From the sequence record SRR22947727_495: 64,000 nt of DNA. One strand, written 5' to 3'. Made by a program: the position numbers and the translations under genes. Positions 20,788 to 31,700 of the stretch are shown here, one piece after another. Under the pieces are notes generated by a model that saw only the letters and a list, made by a program, of their open reading frames with translations, searched no databases and was not told the DNA's origin. The first letter of the stretch is position 1, and each line of letters starts with the position of its first letter.

Positions 20788-21296
20788 GCTTTATCCGTCC
20801 CGAAGCACTTCGCAGTTTGCGAAAATATCGGGGATTTATCTTTGCCGGATTGGTCCTGACGACCGGGCTGATGATCGTGGTCAGCAGCTTTGGCACGACC
20901 CGGCTTGCAGGCGCGGTGATCGCCGTTATGGGCGCATTGATCGGCCATGACGCCTATCGCCGCTTCAAATTCCCTGCAGGCCAAGGCGGGGCTGGGGTGG
21001 TGGAGGTCGATGAACGGCAAGTGAGCTATTTGGCCGCTGGTACGGGCCGCTCCATATCACTCGACACTCTGGAGCGCATTGAGTTGCATCGCAACATGCG
21101 CGGCCGCACCACTTGGGTCTTTTTTGGCCCCGAGGGGATGCTGTCTGTGCCGGGAGATGCAGAGGGCACGGGCAAGCTCTTTGATGCTTTGGTGGCCCTG
21201 CCTGGGGTGAATTATGCCCAAGCGGAGGCCGCCAGTCAGGGGCGCGGCCCGGATTTATTTCTCATCTGGCAACGCAATCGCCGGAAACTTCATTAA
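20784..21296 (+). CDS. Hypothetical membrane protein
   Basis: MSFIRPE start overlaps the rsmE stop (ATGA); two TM segments; GVVEVDERQVSY. Confidence 0.75.
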   Translation: MSFIRPEALRSLRKYRGFIFAGLVLTTGLMIVVSSFGTTRLAGAVIAVMGALIGHDAYRRFKFPAGQGGAGVVEVDERQVSYLAAGTGRSISLDTLERIELHRNMRGRTTWVFFGPEGMLSVPGDAEGTGKLFDALVALPGVNYAQAEAASQGRGPDLFLIWQRNRRKLH

Positions 21297-21368
21297 CCCT
21301 GTCTTGACTTGCCCTGTGGGAGGGGCCACCTGTGAAGGGTAAACATTACGAAAAGCGGAGTCTCCCCT

Positions 21369-22739
21369 ATGTCTATTCCACAATCTGGCGGAGGCCCGAT
21401 CGAAAGCTTTGACCAATTGGCCTTGTTGCTTGAAAAGGGCAATAAACCGAAAAGCGATTGGCGCATTGGCACGGAACATGAAAAATTTGGCTATTGCAAA
21501 GACACGCTGGCGCCCTTGCCCTATGAGGGCGAGCGCTCTGTGCTCTCTATTTTGCAAGGGCTACGCGATCAGTTTAACTGGGCGCCAGTCGAGGAAAATG
21601 GCTATCTCATCGGATTGACGAACGACGGCGCCAATGTGAGCCTTGAGCCGGGCGGCGCGCTAGAGCTTTCGGGGGCTCCGCTTGAAACCATTCATGAAAC
21701 CTGTGACGAGGTGAATGTGCACCTGCGTGAGGTGAAGGAAATCGCCGATAAAATTGGTGTTGGCTTCATCGGCCTTGGCGCCGCGCCTATCTGGAAGCAT
21801 GAAGACGTGAGCTTGATGCCAAAGGGCCGGTATCAGTTGATGGACGCCTATATGGGCAAGGTTGGCACAATGGGCCGCACGATGATGCGGCGCACTTGTA
21901 CAGTTCAGGTTAATCTCGATTTTGCCTCAGAGGCGGATATGGTGCAAAAATTTCGCGTGGCTCTGGCTCTGCAACCGGTCGCGACCGCGCTTTTTGCCAA
22001 TTCTCCCTTCTTTGAGGGTCAGCTGAATGGCCATAAATCCTGGCGCGCGCGGGTCTGGCGGGATTTGGATGCAGACCGCACAGGGATGCTGCCCTTTGTG
22101 TTTGAAGATGGGATGGGATTTCAGCGCTATGTGGACTATGCCTTAGATGTGCCGATGTATTTTGTCTATCGTGATGGAAAATATATCAATGCCTTAGGCC
22201 AATCTTTCCGCGACTTCCTCAAAGGTAAATTGCCTGCGCTGCCTGGCGAAGTGCCCACGCTCAGCGATTGGGCCGATCATCTGACGACCATCTTCCCGGA
22301 AGCGCGGATCAAGCAATTCATGGAAATGCGCGGCGCGGATGGTGGGCCATGGCGACGTCTTTGCGCGTTGCCAGCCTTTTGGGTTGGGCTGTTGTACGAT
22401 CAAACTGCGCTGGATGCGGCTTGGGATTTGGTGAAAGGCATGGATGCGCAAACCCGTGATGACTTGCGGATTGCAGCCTCCGTCGATGGGTTGCAAGCCG
22501 AGGCTGGCGGGGTCAAAATGATGGATCTGGCCCGGCAAGCGGTGGCGATTTCACATGCAGGCCTCACCGCGCGTGGGCGCAGTGGGGCAGGTGGGCTTGT
22601 GCCAGATGAAACCCATTTTCTAAATGCGCTGCAAGACAGTCTTGAGACCGGCCAAACTCCTGCCGATGAGCTTTTGGCGCGCTACCATAGCGATTGGCAA
22701 GGGGATTTGACCCGGATTTACGCAGATTATTCCTACTGA
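21369..22739 (+). CDS. gshA: Glutamate--cysteine ligase
   Basis: IGTEHEKF, SLEPGG, TCTVQVNLD, FANSPF, EMRGADGG. Confidence 0.95.
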   Translation: MSIPQSGGGPIESFDQLALLLEKGNKPKSDWRIGTEHEKFGYCKDTLAPLPYEGERSVLSILQGLRDQFNWAPVEENGYLIGLTNDGANVSLEPGGALELSGAPLETIHETCDEVNVHLREVKEIADKIGVGFIGLGAAPIWKHEDVSLMPKGRYQLMDAYMGKVGTMGRTMMRRTCTVQVNLDFASEADMVQKFRVALALQPVATALFANSPFFEGQLNGHKSWRARVWRDLDADRTGMLPFVFEDGMGFQRYVDYALDVPMYFVYRDGKYINALGQSFRDFLKGKLPALPGEVPTLSDWADHLTTIFPEARIKQFMEMRGADGGPWRRLCALPAFWVGLLYDQTALDAAWDLVKGMDAQTRDDLRIAASVDGLQAEAGGVKMMDLARQAVAISHAGLTARGRSGAGGLVPDETHFLNALQDSLETGQTPADELLARYHSDWQGDLTRIYADYSY

Positions 22740-22771
22740 AGACCTCTGCATAACCCAGCCGCGAAGCCCCT

Positions 22772-23380
22772 CTATTTTTGCCCGATTTTGCTCTCTTGCC
22801 CGCGGATCAAGCGGATAATATTCTCTCTATGGCGCCAATAAATCACCCCGGTGAGACAGAGGGACAGCAAAAATAAACTATTGAAGCCCATAAGGATGAT
22901 CCAAAGAGGCGTCATCACAGCGGTGAGAAGTGCGGCGAGGCTGGAAAAACGAAAAATGGCTGCAGCGGCGAGCCATGTGGCGCCGGCGGCGACACCAATC
23001 GGCCAGGCCAGGGCAAAGAGCAGGCCAAAGAAGGTGGCCACGCCTTTCCCGCCTTTGAATTTCAGCCAAATCGGATAGCAATGCCCCAGAAAGGCGGCGA
23101 AGCCGGCAATTTGCGCCGCATCTTCGGCGGCCAATGCGCGGGCCAAAAGCACCGCGGCACCCGCTTTGCCCGCATCACCGATCAAGGTTAAAGCCGCGCC
23201 GAGTTTGGAGCCGGTCCGCAGCACGTTCGTGGCCCCGATATTGCCCGAGCCAATTTGCCGTAAATCTCCAAGGCCCAAGACGCGCGCCGTGACGATGCCA
23301 AAGGGGATTGCGCCGAGCAAATATCCGGCAATGGCCCAAAAGGCCAAGAGTTCAGCTGCGCTGGTTAGTTCAAAATTCAT
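22772..23380 (-). CDS. plsY: Glycerol-3-phosphate acyltransferase
   Basis: GSGNIGATNVLR, FKGGKGVAT, RHRENI. Confidence 0.96.
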   Translation of the reverse strand: MNFELTSAAELLAFWAIAGYLLGAIPFGIVTARVLGLGDLRQIGSGNIGATNVLRTGSKLGAALTLIGDAGKAGAAVLLARALAAEDAAQIAGFAAFLGHCYPIWLKFKGGKGVATFFGLLFALAWPIGVAAGATWLAAAAIFRFSSLAALLTAVMTPLWIILMGFNSLFLLSLCLTGVIYWRHRENIIRLIRGQESKIGQK

Positions 23381-24636
23381 CTTGCGTAGACTTCCCTGCC
23401 CCCGACGAATGTCGCCAAAACACGGCCCTGCAGGCGTTGCCCATCAAAAGGAGTATTTTTAGATTTAGACCGGAGCGAAAAGCGATCCAGAACGAAGGGC
23501 ACATCGGGATCAAATAAGATGAGATCGCCAGGAGCCCCGAGGCTCAGGCGACCACTGTCCAGACCCAAGCGCCGCGAGGGGTTGAGGGACAGGGCCCGGA
23601 ACAACTGTGGCAAGCTCAACTGCTCGGCATGGTAAAGGCGCAAGGCAGCCGGCAAAACTGTCTCCAATGCCACAGCCCCAGAGGCGGCTTGCTCATAGGG
23701 CAGACGTTTGGACTCTTCATCCTGCGGCGTATGCATGGAGCTGATGATGTCAATCAACCCGCTTGCAAGCGCAGAAACCATCGCCAGCCGATCCTCTTCG
23801 GAGCGCAACGGGGGTTTGACTTTAAAAAAGCTGCGATAATCGGCGACGTCCAACTCGTTGAGCGTTAGGTGATGAATGCTGACCCCGGCGGTGACATCCA
23901 AACCTTGTTGTTTGGCCCGCTCTAAGGCCGGCAGGGCGAGGGCGGTGGAGAGTTGATCGGCATGATATTTCGCGCCGGTCATCTCTACCATGGCCAAATC
24001 CCGCTCAAGCCCCAGACGCTCAGCCATGGGCGAGACCGCCGGGATCGCACGCAGGGTTGCAAATTTGCCAGAGGTGGCCGCAGCCCCCTGTGACAGGCCT
24101 GGATCTTGCGGGTGTCCAATGACCAAAGCCCCCAATTGCCGCGCATAGGTAAGCGCGCGCGACAGGACTTTGGTATTGGTGACAACCGCGTCACAATCGG
24201 AAAAGGCAATTGCTCCAGCGTCTTGCAAAAACCCAATTTCGGTCATTTCCTTACCCAAACGCCCTTTTGTGAGCGCCGCCATTTGATAGCTGCGTACGGC
24301 GCAGGTGGCCTGCGCCCTGCGGTTGGCAAATTCAAGGGTTTCGGGGCTGTCAATGGCCGGCTCTGTGTCTGGCCGAGTGATCAAAGTGGTCACCCCGCCG
24401 GCGGCAGCGGACAGGCCAGCGGAGCGAAAGCTTTCCTTATGCCGCTCGCCCGGCTCGCAGACCTTTGCGCCAATGTCGACAATGCCTGGCGCAAGATATT
24501 TGCCCTGGCCGTCTCGGCTCGGCAGGGTCGGATCATCGGCGGCAATGCGGCCATTTTTGATGCTCAAATTGCCCAGCTCGACGGTCTGTCTCTCTGGGTC
24601 AACCAGGTGAACATTTGTAATGCGCAGTGAGGTCAT
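23377..24636 (-). CDS. pyrC: Dihydroorotase or dihydroorotase-like protein
   Basis: AAAGGVTT, KVKPPLR; pyrB-pyrC-plsY order; PGIVDIG stands where the metal-binding HxH normally is; start ATG 24636. Confidence 0.85.
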   Translation of the reverse strand: MTSLRITNVHLVDPERQTVELGNLSIKNGRIAADDPTLPSRDGQGKYLAPGIVDIGAKVCEPGERHKESFRSAGLSAAAGGVTTLITRPDTEPAIDSPETLEFANRRAQATCAVRSYQMAALTKGRLGKEMTEIGFLQDAGAIAFSDCDAVVTNTKVLSRALTYARQLGALVIGHPQDPGLSQGAAATSGKFATLRAIPAVSPMAERLGLERDLAMVEMTGAKYHADQLSTALALPALERAKQQGLDVTAGVSIHHLTLNELDVADYRSFFKVKPPLRSEEDRLAMVSALASGLIDIISSMHTPQDEESKRLPYEQAASGAVALETVLPAALRLYHAEQLSLPQLFRALSLNPSRRLGLDSGRLSLGAPGDLILFDPDVPFVLDRFSLRSKSKNTPFDGQRLQGRVLATFVGGREVYAR

Positions 24637-24734
24637 CCGGCCACCCACACCATCAAAGCCACCAAAGCGGCACTGAAAATCAGGACATACATGGCAATTT
24701 TTCCCGACATGCGGGGATCTTTGGGTTCGTTCAT
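24633..24734 (-). CDS. 33-aa single-TM small protein (absent from the ORF track)
   Basis: MNEPKDPRMSGKIAMYVLIFSAALVALMVWVAG; AGGAG RBS upstream; stop overlaps the pyrC ATG. Confidence 0.65.
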   Translation of the reverse strand: MNEPKDPRMSGKIAMYVLIFSAALVALMVWVAG

Positions 24735-24777
24735 TCGCACAGTCTCCTGTCAAGGGGGACGCAAAGGAGGCTTTGGG

Positions 24778-25722
24778 TCATGCCTGCGCCTCTTTTGCAG
24801 CTTGGCGCCTGTTGCGCATCAATATATCCATGGCCGCCATGCGCACTGCCACACCCATCTCAACCTGTTCTTGTATGACGCTGCGGTTCAAATCGTCGGC
24901 GATTTCCCCGTCGATTTCAACGCCGCGGTTCATTGGGCCCGGGTGCATAACAATGGCATCTGGCTTGGCGTGGCTCAGTTTCTCAGCATTCAAACCATAG
25001 CGGTGATAATATTCGCGTTCGGAGGGGATGAAGCCGCCGTCCATACGCTCGCGTTGCAGGCGCAGCATCATCACCACATCCACATCCTTCAAACCCTCTT
25101 GCATATCGTGAAAGACTTCCGCACCAAACTCTCCAATTCCCGCCGGCATCAGCGTTGCTGGGCCGATAAGGCGAATGCGGTTTTCCATTTTGCCCAGCAA
25201 AATGAGGTTAGAGCGGGCCACGCGGCTGTGGGCAATATCGCCGCAAATGGCGATGTTGAGGCGGTGCAAGCGGCCTTTGGACCGGCGGATGGTGAGCGCA
25301 TCCAGCAGGGCTTGCGTGGGGTGTTCATGCCGCCCGTCCCCTGCGTTGAGCACCGCGCAATTGACTTTCTGCGCCAAGAGATCGACGGCGCCAGAATGCG
25401 GATGGCGCACCACCAGAAGATCGGGGTGCATGGCATTGAGTGTCAGCGCTGTATCAATGAGGGTCTCACCTTTTTTGATTGAGCTGGCTTGCATGGCCAT
25501 ATTCATCACATCCGCCCCCAATCTCTTGCCTGCGATTTCAAAGCTGGCTTGAGTGCGGGTTGAGTTTTCGAAAAACATATTGATCTGAGTGCAGCCAGCC
25601 AGGGCTTTACTGTCGCGCGCACGGGATCTGTTTTGATCGGCATAATGATCTGCCAAATCTAATATTTCGGTGATGCTTTGGGGATGTAGGGGTTCTATCC
25701 CCAATAGATGCTGAAGCTGCAT
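24778..25722 (-). CDS. pyrB: Aspartate carbamoyltransferase catalytic subunit
   Basis: [33 protein letters not shown]. Confidence 0.97.
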   Translation of the reverse strand: MQLQHLLGIEPLHPQSITEILDLADHYADQNRSRARDSKALAGCTQINMFFENSTRTQASFEIAGKRLGADVMNMAMQASSIKKGETLIDTALTLNAMHPDLLVVRHPHSGAVDLLAQKVNCAVLNAGDGRHEHPTQALLDALTIRRSKGRLHRLNIAICGDIAHSRVARSNLILLGKMENRIRLIGPATLMPAGIGEFGAEVFHDMQEGLKDVDVVMMLRLQRERMDGGFIPSEREYYHRYGLNAEKLSHAKPDAIVMHPGPMNRGVEIDGEIADDLNRSVIQEQVEMGVAVRMAAMDILMRNRRQAAKEAQA

Positions 25723-25881
25723 ATAGACCTCTCCGGTTGGCGTTTTATAGAAAGAGTGGCGGCCCACGGCAAGGGCAGGGGGCAAGGAAATGTCATTTGA
25801 GCCTGAGGCGGGTTATTTTTGACGCGCTGCGTCACTGATTGAATGATTTACCTTCCTCTCAGAAGGGCATAGTTTGAGGCC

Positions 25882-26694
25882 ATGGATCAATTGGATTGGC
25901 ATATGGCACGCGCCGCGTTGCAGTGGCAGGCAGAGCTCGGAGTGAGCGATGCCGTGGGTGATGTGCCCATTGACCGCTATGAGGTGCCGGCGCAAAACCC
26001 CAAACGATCCACTGCAGCGGCGGCACCCACCGAGGCGCCACAGGCTGCGGAGCGGCCTCCGGCTGTGATGGCAGCCGCGCCGGCTGTGGACCCTGTTGCA
26101 CTGGCCGAAGAGGCTGCAGCTGCGGCGGGGGATTTGCCGGCGTTGAAACTTGCGCTGCAAAATTTTTCCCATTGTGATTTGCGCCGCGGAGCCCGCAATT
26201 TGGTGTTTGGTGGGGGCAGGGCTGGGGCTCGGGTGATGATCTTGGAAGATGCGCCCGGGCGGGCGGAGGATCTGCAAGGTCTGCCTTTCGCAGGCCCCGC
26301 CGGTCAATTGCTGGGCAAAATGTGCGCCGCTATTGGTTTGGACCGGGCCGAGGAGGTCTATGCAGCCTCAGTGATTCCTTGGCGCCCACCGCAGGACCGA
26401 GAGGCCAGCGCGGCTGAAATCGCCATGATGCAGCCTTTCTTGCACCGTCATATTATCTTGGCCGCGCCGCAGGTTGTGATCTGTATGGGCAATATCAGTT
26501 GTCAGGCGGTTTTGGGCAAACGCGGCCTGAGCAAGCTGCGCGGAGCCTGGCAAGAGGGTTTTGCCCTGCCAGTTTTGCCGATGGTGCATCCGCAGGGCCT
26601 GTTGCGCCAGCCTAATCGGAAGAAACAGGCATGGCAGGATTTGTTGATGCTCAAGGCTTGGCTGCGCGCGCAATCTGAAGGGGGCAAGACATGA
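25882..26694 (+). CDS. Uracil-DNA glycosylase family 4-like protein
   Basis: DAPG...PFAGPAGQLL, WRPP, HPQGLLR, AWQDL. Confidence 0.85.
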   Translation: MDQLDWHMARAALQWQAELGVSDAVGDVPIDRYEVPAQNPKRSTAAAAPTEAPQAAERPPAVMAAAPAVDPVALAEEAAAAAGDLPALKLALQNFSHCDLRRGARNLVFGGGRAGARVMILEDAPGRAEDLQGLPFAGPAGQLLGKMCAAIGLDRAEEVYAASVIPWRPPQDREASAAEIAMMQPFLHRHIILAAPQVVICMGNISCQAVLGKRGLSKLRGAWQEGFALPVLPMVHPQGLLRQPNRKKQAWQDLLMLKAWLRAQSEGGKT

Positions 26695-27233
26695 CCAATG
26701 CACCAGAAAAAACAGAGTTTGTCGCGGTGCGCATCGCGGTTTTAACCCTGTCCGACAGCCGCAGTTTGAGTGATGATAAATCCGGCGACACGCTGGTTGC
26801 GCGCTTGCAAGCGGCCGGACATATCCTGGCCGACCGTGACATTCTCCCCGATGATCGCGCAGCGATTGCCGAAAAATTGCGTCAATGGTCGCGCGATCCG
26901 TCTATTGATGTGGTTCTGAGCACGGGCGGCACTGGGCTCACGGGCCGTGATGTGAGCGTCGAGGCGCATCGGGATGTCTATGAAAAAGAGATTGACGCGT
27001 TCTCAACTCTCTTCACCTTTGTTTCCATGCAAAAAATTGGCACATCTGCGGTTCAGAGCCGAGCAACGGGCGGTGTGGCCAATGGCACTTATATGTTTGC
27101 ATTGCCGGGCAGTCCGGGCGCCTGCAAAGATGCTTGGGACGAAATACTCGTCAAGCAATTGGATATAAGACATAAACCCTGCAATTTTGTCGAAATCATG
27201 CCACGGCTTGATGAGCATCTGCAAAGAAAATAA
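26691..27233 (+). CDS. moaB: Molybdenum cofactor biosynthesis protein B
   Basis: DKSG, TGGTGLTGRD, QSRA, LPGSPGAC, PCNF. Confidence 0.95.
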   Translation: MTNAPEKTEFVAVRIAVLTLSDSRSLSDDKSGDTLVARLQAAGHILADRDILPDDRAAIAEKLRQWSRDPSIDVVLSTGGTGLTGRDVSVEAHRDVYEKEIDAFSTLFTFVSMQKIGTSAVQSRATGGVANGTYMFALPGSPGACKDAWDEILVKQLDIRHKPCNFVEIMPRLDEHLQRK

Positions 27234-27310
27234 GCCCCGCTGTCGAATCTGCGTGACGCGGAGAAGTTTTGTACTAGAACAACTGTAATGATGATCGAGA
27301 GGGCTGTCGT

Positions 27311-28768
27311 ATGCGGTTTCTACGCAAAAGTTTAATGGGGTTGTTCTTACTGGCGGCGACTCTGGCGCTGTTTGCCTATGCCATCATGATGGTTCGGGGC
27401 GCGATTGAGAACAAAGGTGACGATCAGCGGCGCGGTGGCGGTGGTCGTGAGAGAGTTTTTGCAGTGAATGCCGTGCCCTTTGAGCCGGGCCAGCATATTC
27501 CGGTCCTACAGGTTTTTGGCGAGGTGCAAAGCCAACGTAGCCTTGATATTCGGCCGGCGGTTGGCGGAACGGTCATTGAGTTGCACCCGAATTTTCAAAA
27601 TGGCGGTTCTGTTTTGGAGGGCGATGTACTCCTGAGAATTGATCCGTCAAATGCACAAACCGCCTTGGCTTTGGTACAGGCCGATATGGCCGATGCTCAA
27701 GCGGATTTGCGAGAGGCGATGCGGGCGCTAGACTTGGCCAAGGATGAGATCAGCGCCGCGCAAGAGCAAGCAGCCCTGCGCCAAAAAGCATTGGCCCGGC
27801 AACAAGATCTCGTGACCCGTGGGGTTGGCACTGCGGCCTCTGTGGAGGCTGCGGAACTGGCTGCTTCCTCGGCGCGCCAATCCGTTCTGGCGCGGCGCCA
27901 AGCTTTGCAGGCCGCTGAGGCGCGTTTGGATCAAGCGCGTGCGCGGGTCACTCGGGTGGATATTTCTCTAGCCGAAGCGGAGCGCAATCTGCGTGACACC
28001 GTTGTACGCGCGGCCTTTTCTGGGCTGCTGGCCAATGCCACTATTCTGCAGGGCGGAACTGTGACCAACAATGAAAAAATTGGTCAATTGGTGGATCCAT
28101 TGGCTCTGGAAGTGGCCTTTCGTGTGAGCACCTCCCAGCATCGGCGACTGCTCGATGATGCGGGCAAGTTGCGGGCGGCTGAGGTCACGGTGACGCTGGA
28201 TCTGCTCGGCGCGGAGATGAGCTCAAGCGGCCAGATCACCCGCGAAGCTGCTGTCGTGGGCGAAGGTTTGACGGGGAGGCTGCTCTTTGCCAGCCTTGCA
28301 ACCTCCAAGGGTCTGCGGCCGGGTGATTTTGTGACTGTAAACATAACGGAGCCCGCCTTGAATTGGGTTGCCCGCCTGCCGGCCACGGCCGTGAGCGGGA
28401 ATAACAAGGTTCTGGTTGTGGGCGAAGATGAGCGCCTGTCGGAGGCCGATGTGACCCTTGTGCGCCGTCAGGGGGATGATGTTTTGGTGCGCTCGCGTGA
28501 GCTGAGCGGAGCGCAAATTGTAGCGGAACGATCCCCATTGCTGGGTGCGGGCATCAAGGTGCGCGTGTTGAGCGCTGAGGGAAATGCGCCACAGGCGGCC
28601 CCAGAGACCATCGCGCTTGATCCAGAGCGGCGGGCCAAGTTGATTGCCTTTGTCGAGGCCAATAAACGCATGCCCAAACAGGCCAAGGAGCGGGTCTTGG
28701 CGCAGTTGCAAGAGCCCGAAGTGCGCAAAGAATTGGTTGAGCGGCTGGAAGGCCGGATGGGGGGATAA
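27311..28768 (+). CDS. RND efflux periplasmic adaptor subunit
   Basis: N-terminal TM, lipoyl-like halves flanking a long coiled-coil hairpin, GLRPGDFV. Confidence 0.88.
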   Translation: MRFLRKSLMGLFLLAATLALFAYAIMMVRGAIENKGDDQRRGGGGRERVFAVNAVPFEPGQHIPVLQVFGEVQSQRSLDIRPAVGGTVIELHPNFQNGGSVLEGDVLLRIDPSNAQTALALVQADMADAQADLREAMRALDLAKDEISAAQEQAALRQKALARQQDLVTRGVGTAASVEAAELAASSARQSVLARRQALQAAEARLDQARARVTRVDISLAEAERNLRDTVVRAAFSGLLANATILQGGTVTNNEKIGQLVDPLALEVAFRVSTSQHRRLLDDAGKLRAAEVTVTLDLLGAEMSSSGQITREAAVVGEGLTGRLLFASLATSKGLRPGDFVTVNITEPALNWVARLPATAVSGNNKVLVVGEDERLSEADVTLVRRQGDDVLVRSRELSGAQIVAERSPLLGAGIKVRVLSAEGNAPQAAPETIALDPERRAKLIAFVEANKRMPKQAKERVLAQLQEPEVRKELVERLEGRMGG

Positions 28769-28771
28769 GGG

Positions 28772-31700
28772 ATGTCTGTGATACGCACCGCCACTGGCGG
28801 GATTTTATCTTACATGACCCGACATCGCACCGCGGCAAACCTTTTCTTGCTTATTATGCTGGTCGCCGGGGCTGTTTCTTTTCCGCAAATGCGGGCGCAG
28901 TTTTTTCCCGATGTGATTATTGACCGCGTCACGGTCAGCGTGCGGTGGGATGGCGCTGGACCGGAGGATGTTGACCGGGCAATTGTGCAGGTGGTTGAAC
29001 CGGCGTTGCTTGGGGTTGAAGGGGTAAACAGCACCTCTGCCACCTCCTCGGAAGGCTCTGCGCGGATTACCATGGAATTTGAGCCCGGCTGGGATATGGC
29101 CCGTGGCACCGATGATGCCCAAATCGCCGTTGATTCCGTCGCCAACCAGTTCCCCGATGATGCTGATGATCCAAAAGTCACCCGTGGGGTCTGGCGCGAC
29201 CGGGTCACAGATGTGGTGATCTCCGGTCCGGTTGGGGTGGCGCAATTGGCTCTATTTGCCGATGAGTTCGTCACAAGGCTTTTCGCCGCAGGCGTGACCC
29301 GCACCACTATTCGCGGCGTGGCTGCGGGCTCAACCATCGTGGAAGTCGACAGCTTGTCGCTTATTCGTCATGACGTGAGCATGGCACAGATCGCCAGTGC
29401 CATCGCTGAGGAAGCTGAGGCGGATCCCGCAGGCGATGTGGCCGGGAGTGCGCGCATTCGTACAGGGATCGCCAAACGCAGCGCCCGGGATATCAGGCAG
29501 ATTGTCTTGCGTTCCAATGCCGATGGCTCGTCGCTCACCGTGGGCGATGTGGCGCGGGTGACGGAAGAGGGGGTTGACCGAGATCGCGCCTATTTCGTGG
29601 GCGCGGCGTCGGCCATTTCCATCCGCATTGACCGCTCTGATCAGGGCGACGCGATTGAAATCCAGGAGCAGGTTCAAACCACCGCTGCTGCGATGATGGA
29701 ATCCTTGCCCCCTGATGTGAATGTCGAATTGATCCGCACCCGATCAGAGGCGATTTCTGCGCGGCTGGCCATGCTGTTGGAAAATGGCCTTCAAGGGCTT
29801 GGGCTTGTGCTTTTGCTGTTATTTTTGTTTTTGAATGTGCGAACGGCCTTTTGGGTGGCCGCAGGAATTCCGGCGGCTATGGCGGCGGCTTTGGCGCTGA
29901 TGTATCTATCAGGGCTGACGATCAATATGATCTCGCTTTTTGCTTTGATCATTACCCTTGGGATTGTGGTCGATGATGCCATTGTTGTGGGGGAACACGC
30001 AGATTTTCGCGCGCGTGTTTTGGGGGAAAGCCCTGTCGTGGCGGCGGAGAATGCAGCCAAGCGCATGTTCACCCCGGTATTTTCGGCAACGCTGACGACC
30101 GTCATCGCCTTTTTTGGCTTGGTGGCGATTGGTGGGCGGTTTGGGGATTTGATTGCCGATATTCCTTTTACCGTCATCGTGGTTTTGATTGCCTCGCTAG
30201 CCGAATGCTTTTTGGTTTTGCCCCATCACATGGCGCATTCTATATCCGTCGGCTCACGGATCCGTTGGTATGACATGCCGTCACACTTCATGAACTACCT
30301 GCTGGATCAATTTAAGTTCTACCTGTTCCGCCCGTTTATCAGATTGGTCATTTGGGCGCGATATCCGGTGTTTGCAGCTGTGGTGGTGGCCTTGGCCAGT
30401 CAAGCGGTGCTGTTCATCAATGGGGATGTGCAATGGCGGTTTTTCAACGCTCCTGAGCGCGGCTCGGTGACGGGTAATTTCGCGATGGCCCCGGGGGCAA
30501 CGCGGGAGGATTCCCTTGAGCAAATGCGCGCGTTTCAAACGGCTGTAGAAGCCGTTGGCGCGCAATATGAAGAGAAATATGGCCGCAATCCAGTGGATTT
30601 CTCCATGGCCGAAATTGGGGGCAATACCGGCCGTGGCTTGGCGGGCGCTGATACCAAAGATGCCGATCAATTGGGCTCTATTGCCGTTGAGTTGATTGAT
30701 GCGGATTTGCGGCCCTATTCGTCCTTTGCCTTTGTCGCGGATTTGCAAGATGCGGTGATTAGGCATCCTCGGGTGGAGACGATTAGCTTTCGCGGTTGGC
30801 GCTCCGGTCCAGGCGGCGATGCGCTCGATGTGCAATTTTCCGGGGCTGATGCGCGCCGACTTAAAGCCGCCTCTGAGGCCTTGCAAACCGCTTTGGCACG
30901 ATATCCAGAAGTCTCAGCTGTTGAGGACACGCTCTCTTACGACAAAGAGGAATTGGTGTTGGAGTTGACGCCGCAGGGGCAATCTTTGGGGCTTACCATC
31001 GACACATTGGGCCGGGTGTTGCGCAATCGCCTCAATGGGATTGAGGCGGCGAGCTTCCCCGATGGGCCGCGCTCGGCCACGATCCGTGTGGAATTGCCGG
31101 CCGGTGAATTGACGGCTGATTTCACCGATCGCATGCTGATCCGCACACCGAACGGGGGCTATGTGCCGCTGGCAGATATTGTCACCGTGCAGCAGCGCAC
31201 CGGTTTTTCAACCGTGCGGCGTGAGAATGGCATCCAGGTGATTTCAGTGACGGGCGATATTTCTGAGGATGACCCGGCGCGCGCGCAGGCGATTGTGGCG
31301 GAATTGGAAGAGACAGTTTTGCCAAGAATCGCTGAGGAAACTCAAGTTGCCTTCACCCTGGCTGGATTGGCGGAACAGGAAGATGATTTCCGCAATGACG
31401 CCACACGGGGTTTGATTTTGACCTTGGCCGGGATCTTCATGACGTTGGCTTGGATTTTCTCCAGCTGGACACGCCCCTTGGTGGTGATGGCCATTATTCC
31501 GTTTGGCTTGATCGGGACGATTTATGGCCATTGGTGGTATGACATCCCGCTTTCGCTGTTTTCTGTGGTTGGGTTGATTGGCATGGTGGGGATTATCATC
31601 AACGATTCCATTGTTTTGGTGACGACGATTGATGAATATTCCAAAGAGCGGGGCCTATTTCCAGCGATTGTTGATGGGGTAACAGATCGGCTGAGACCGG

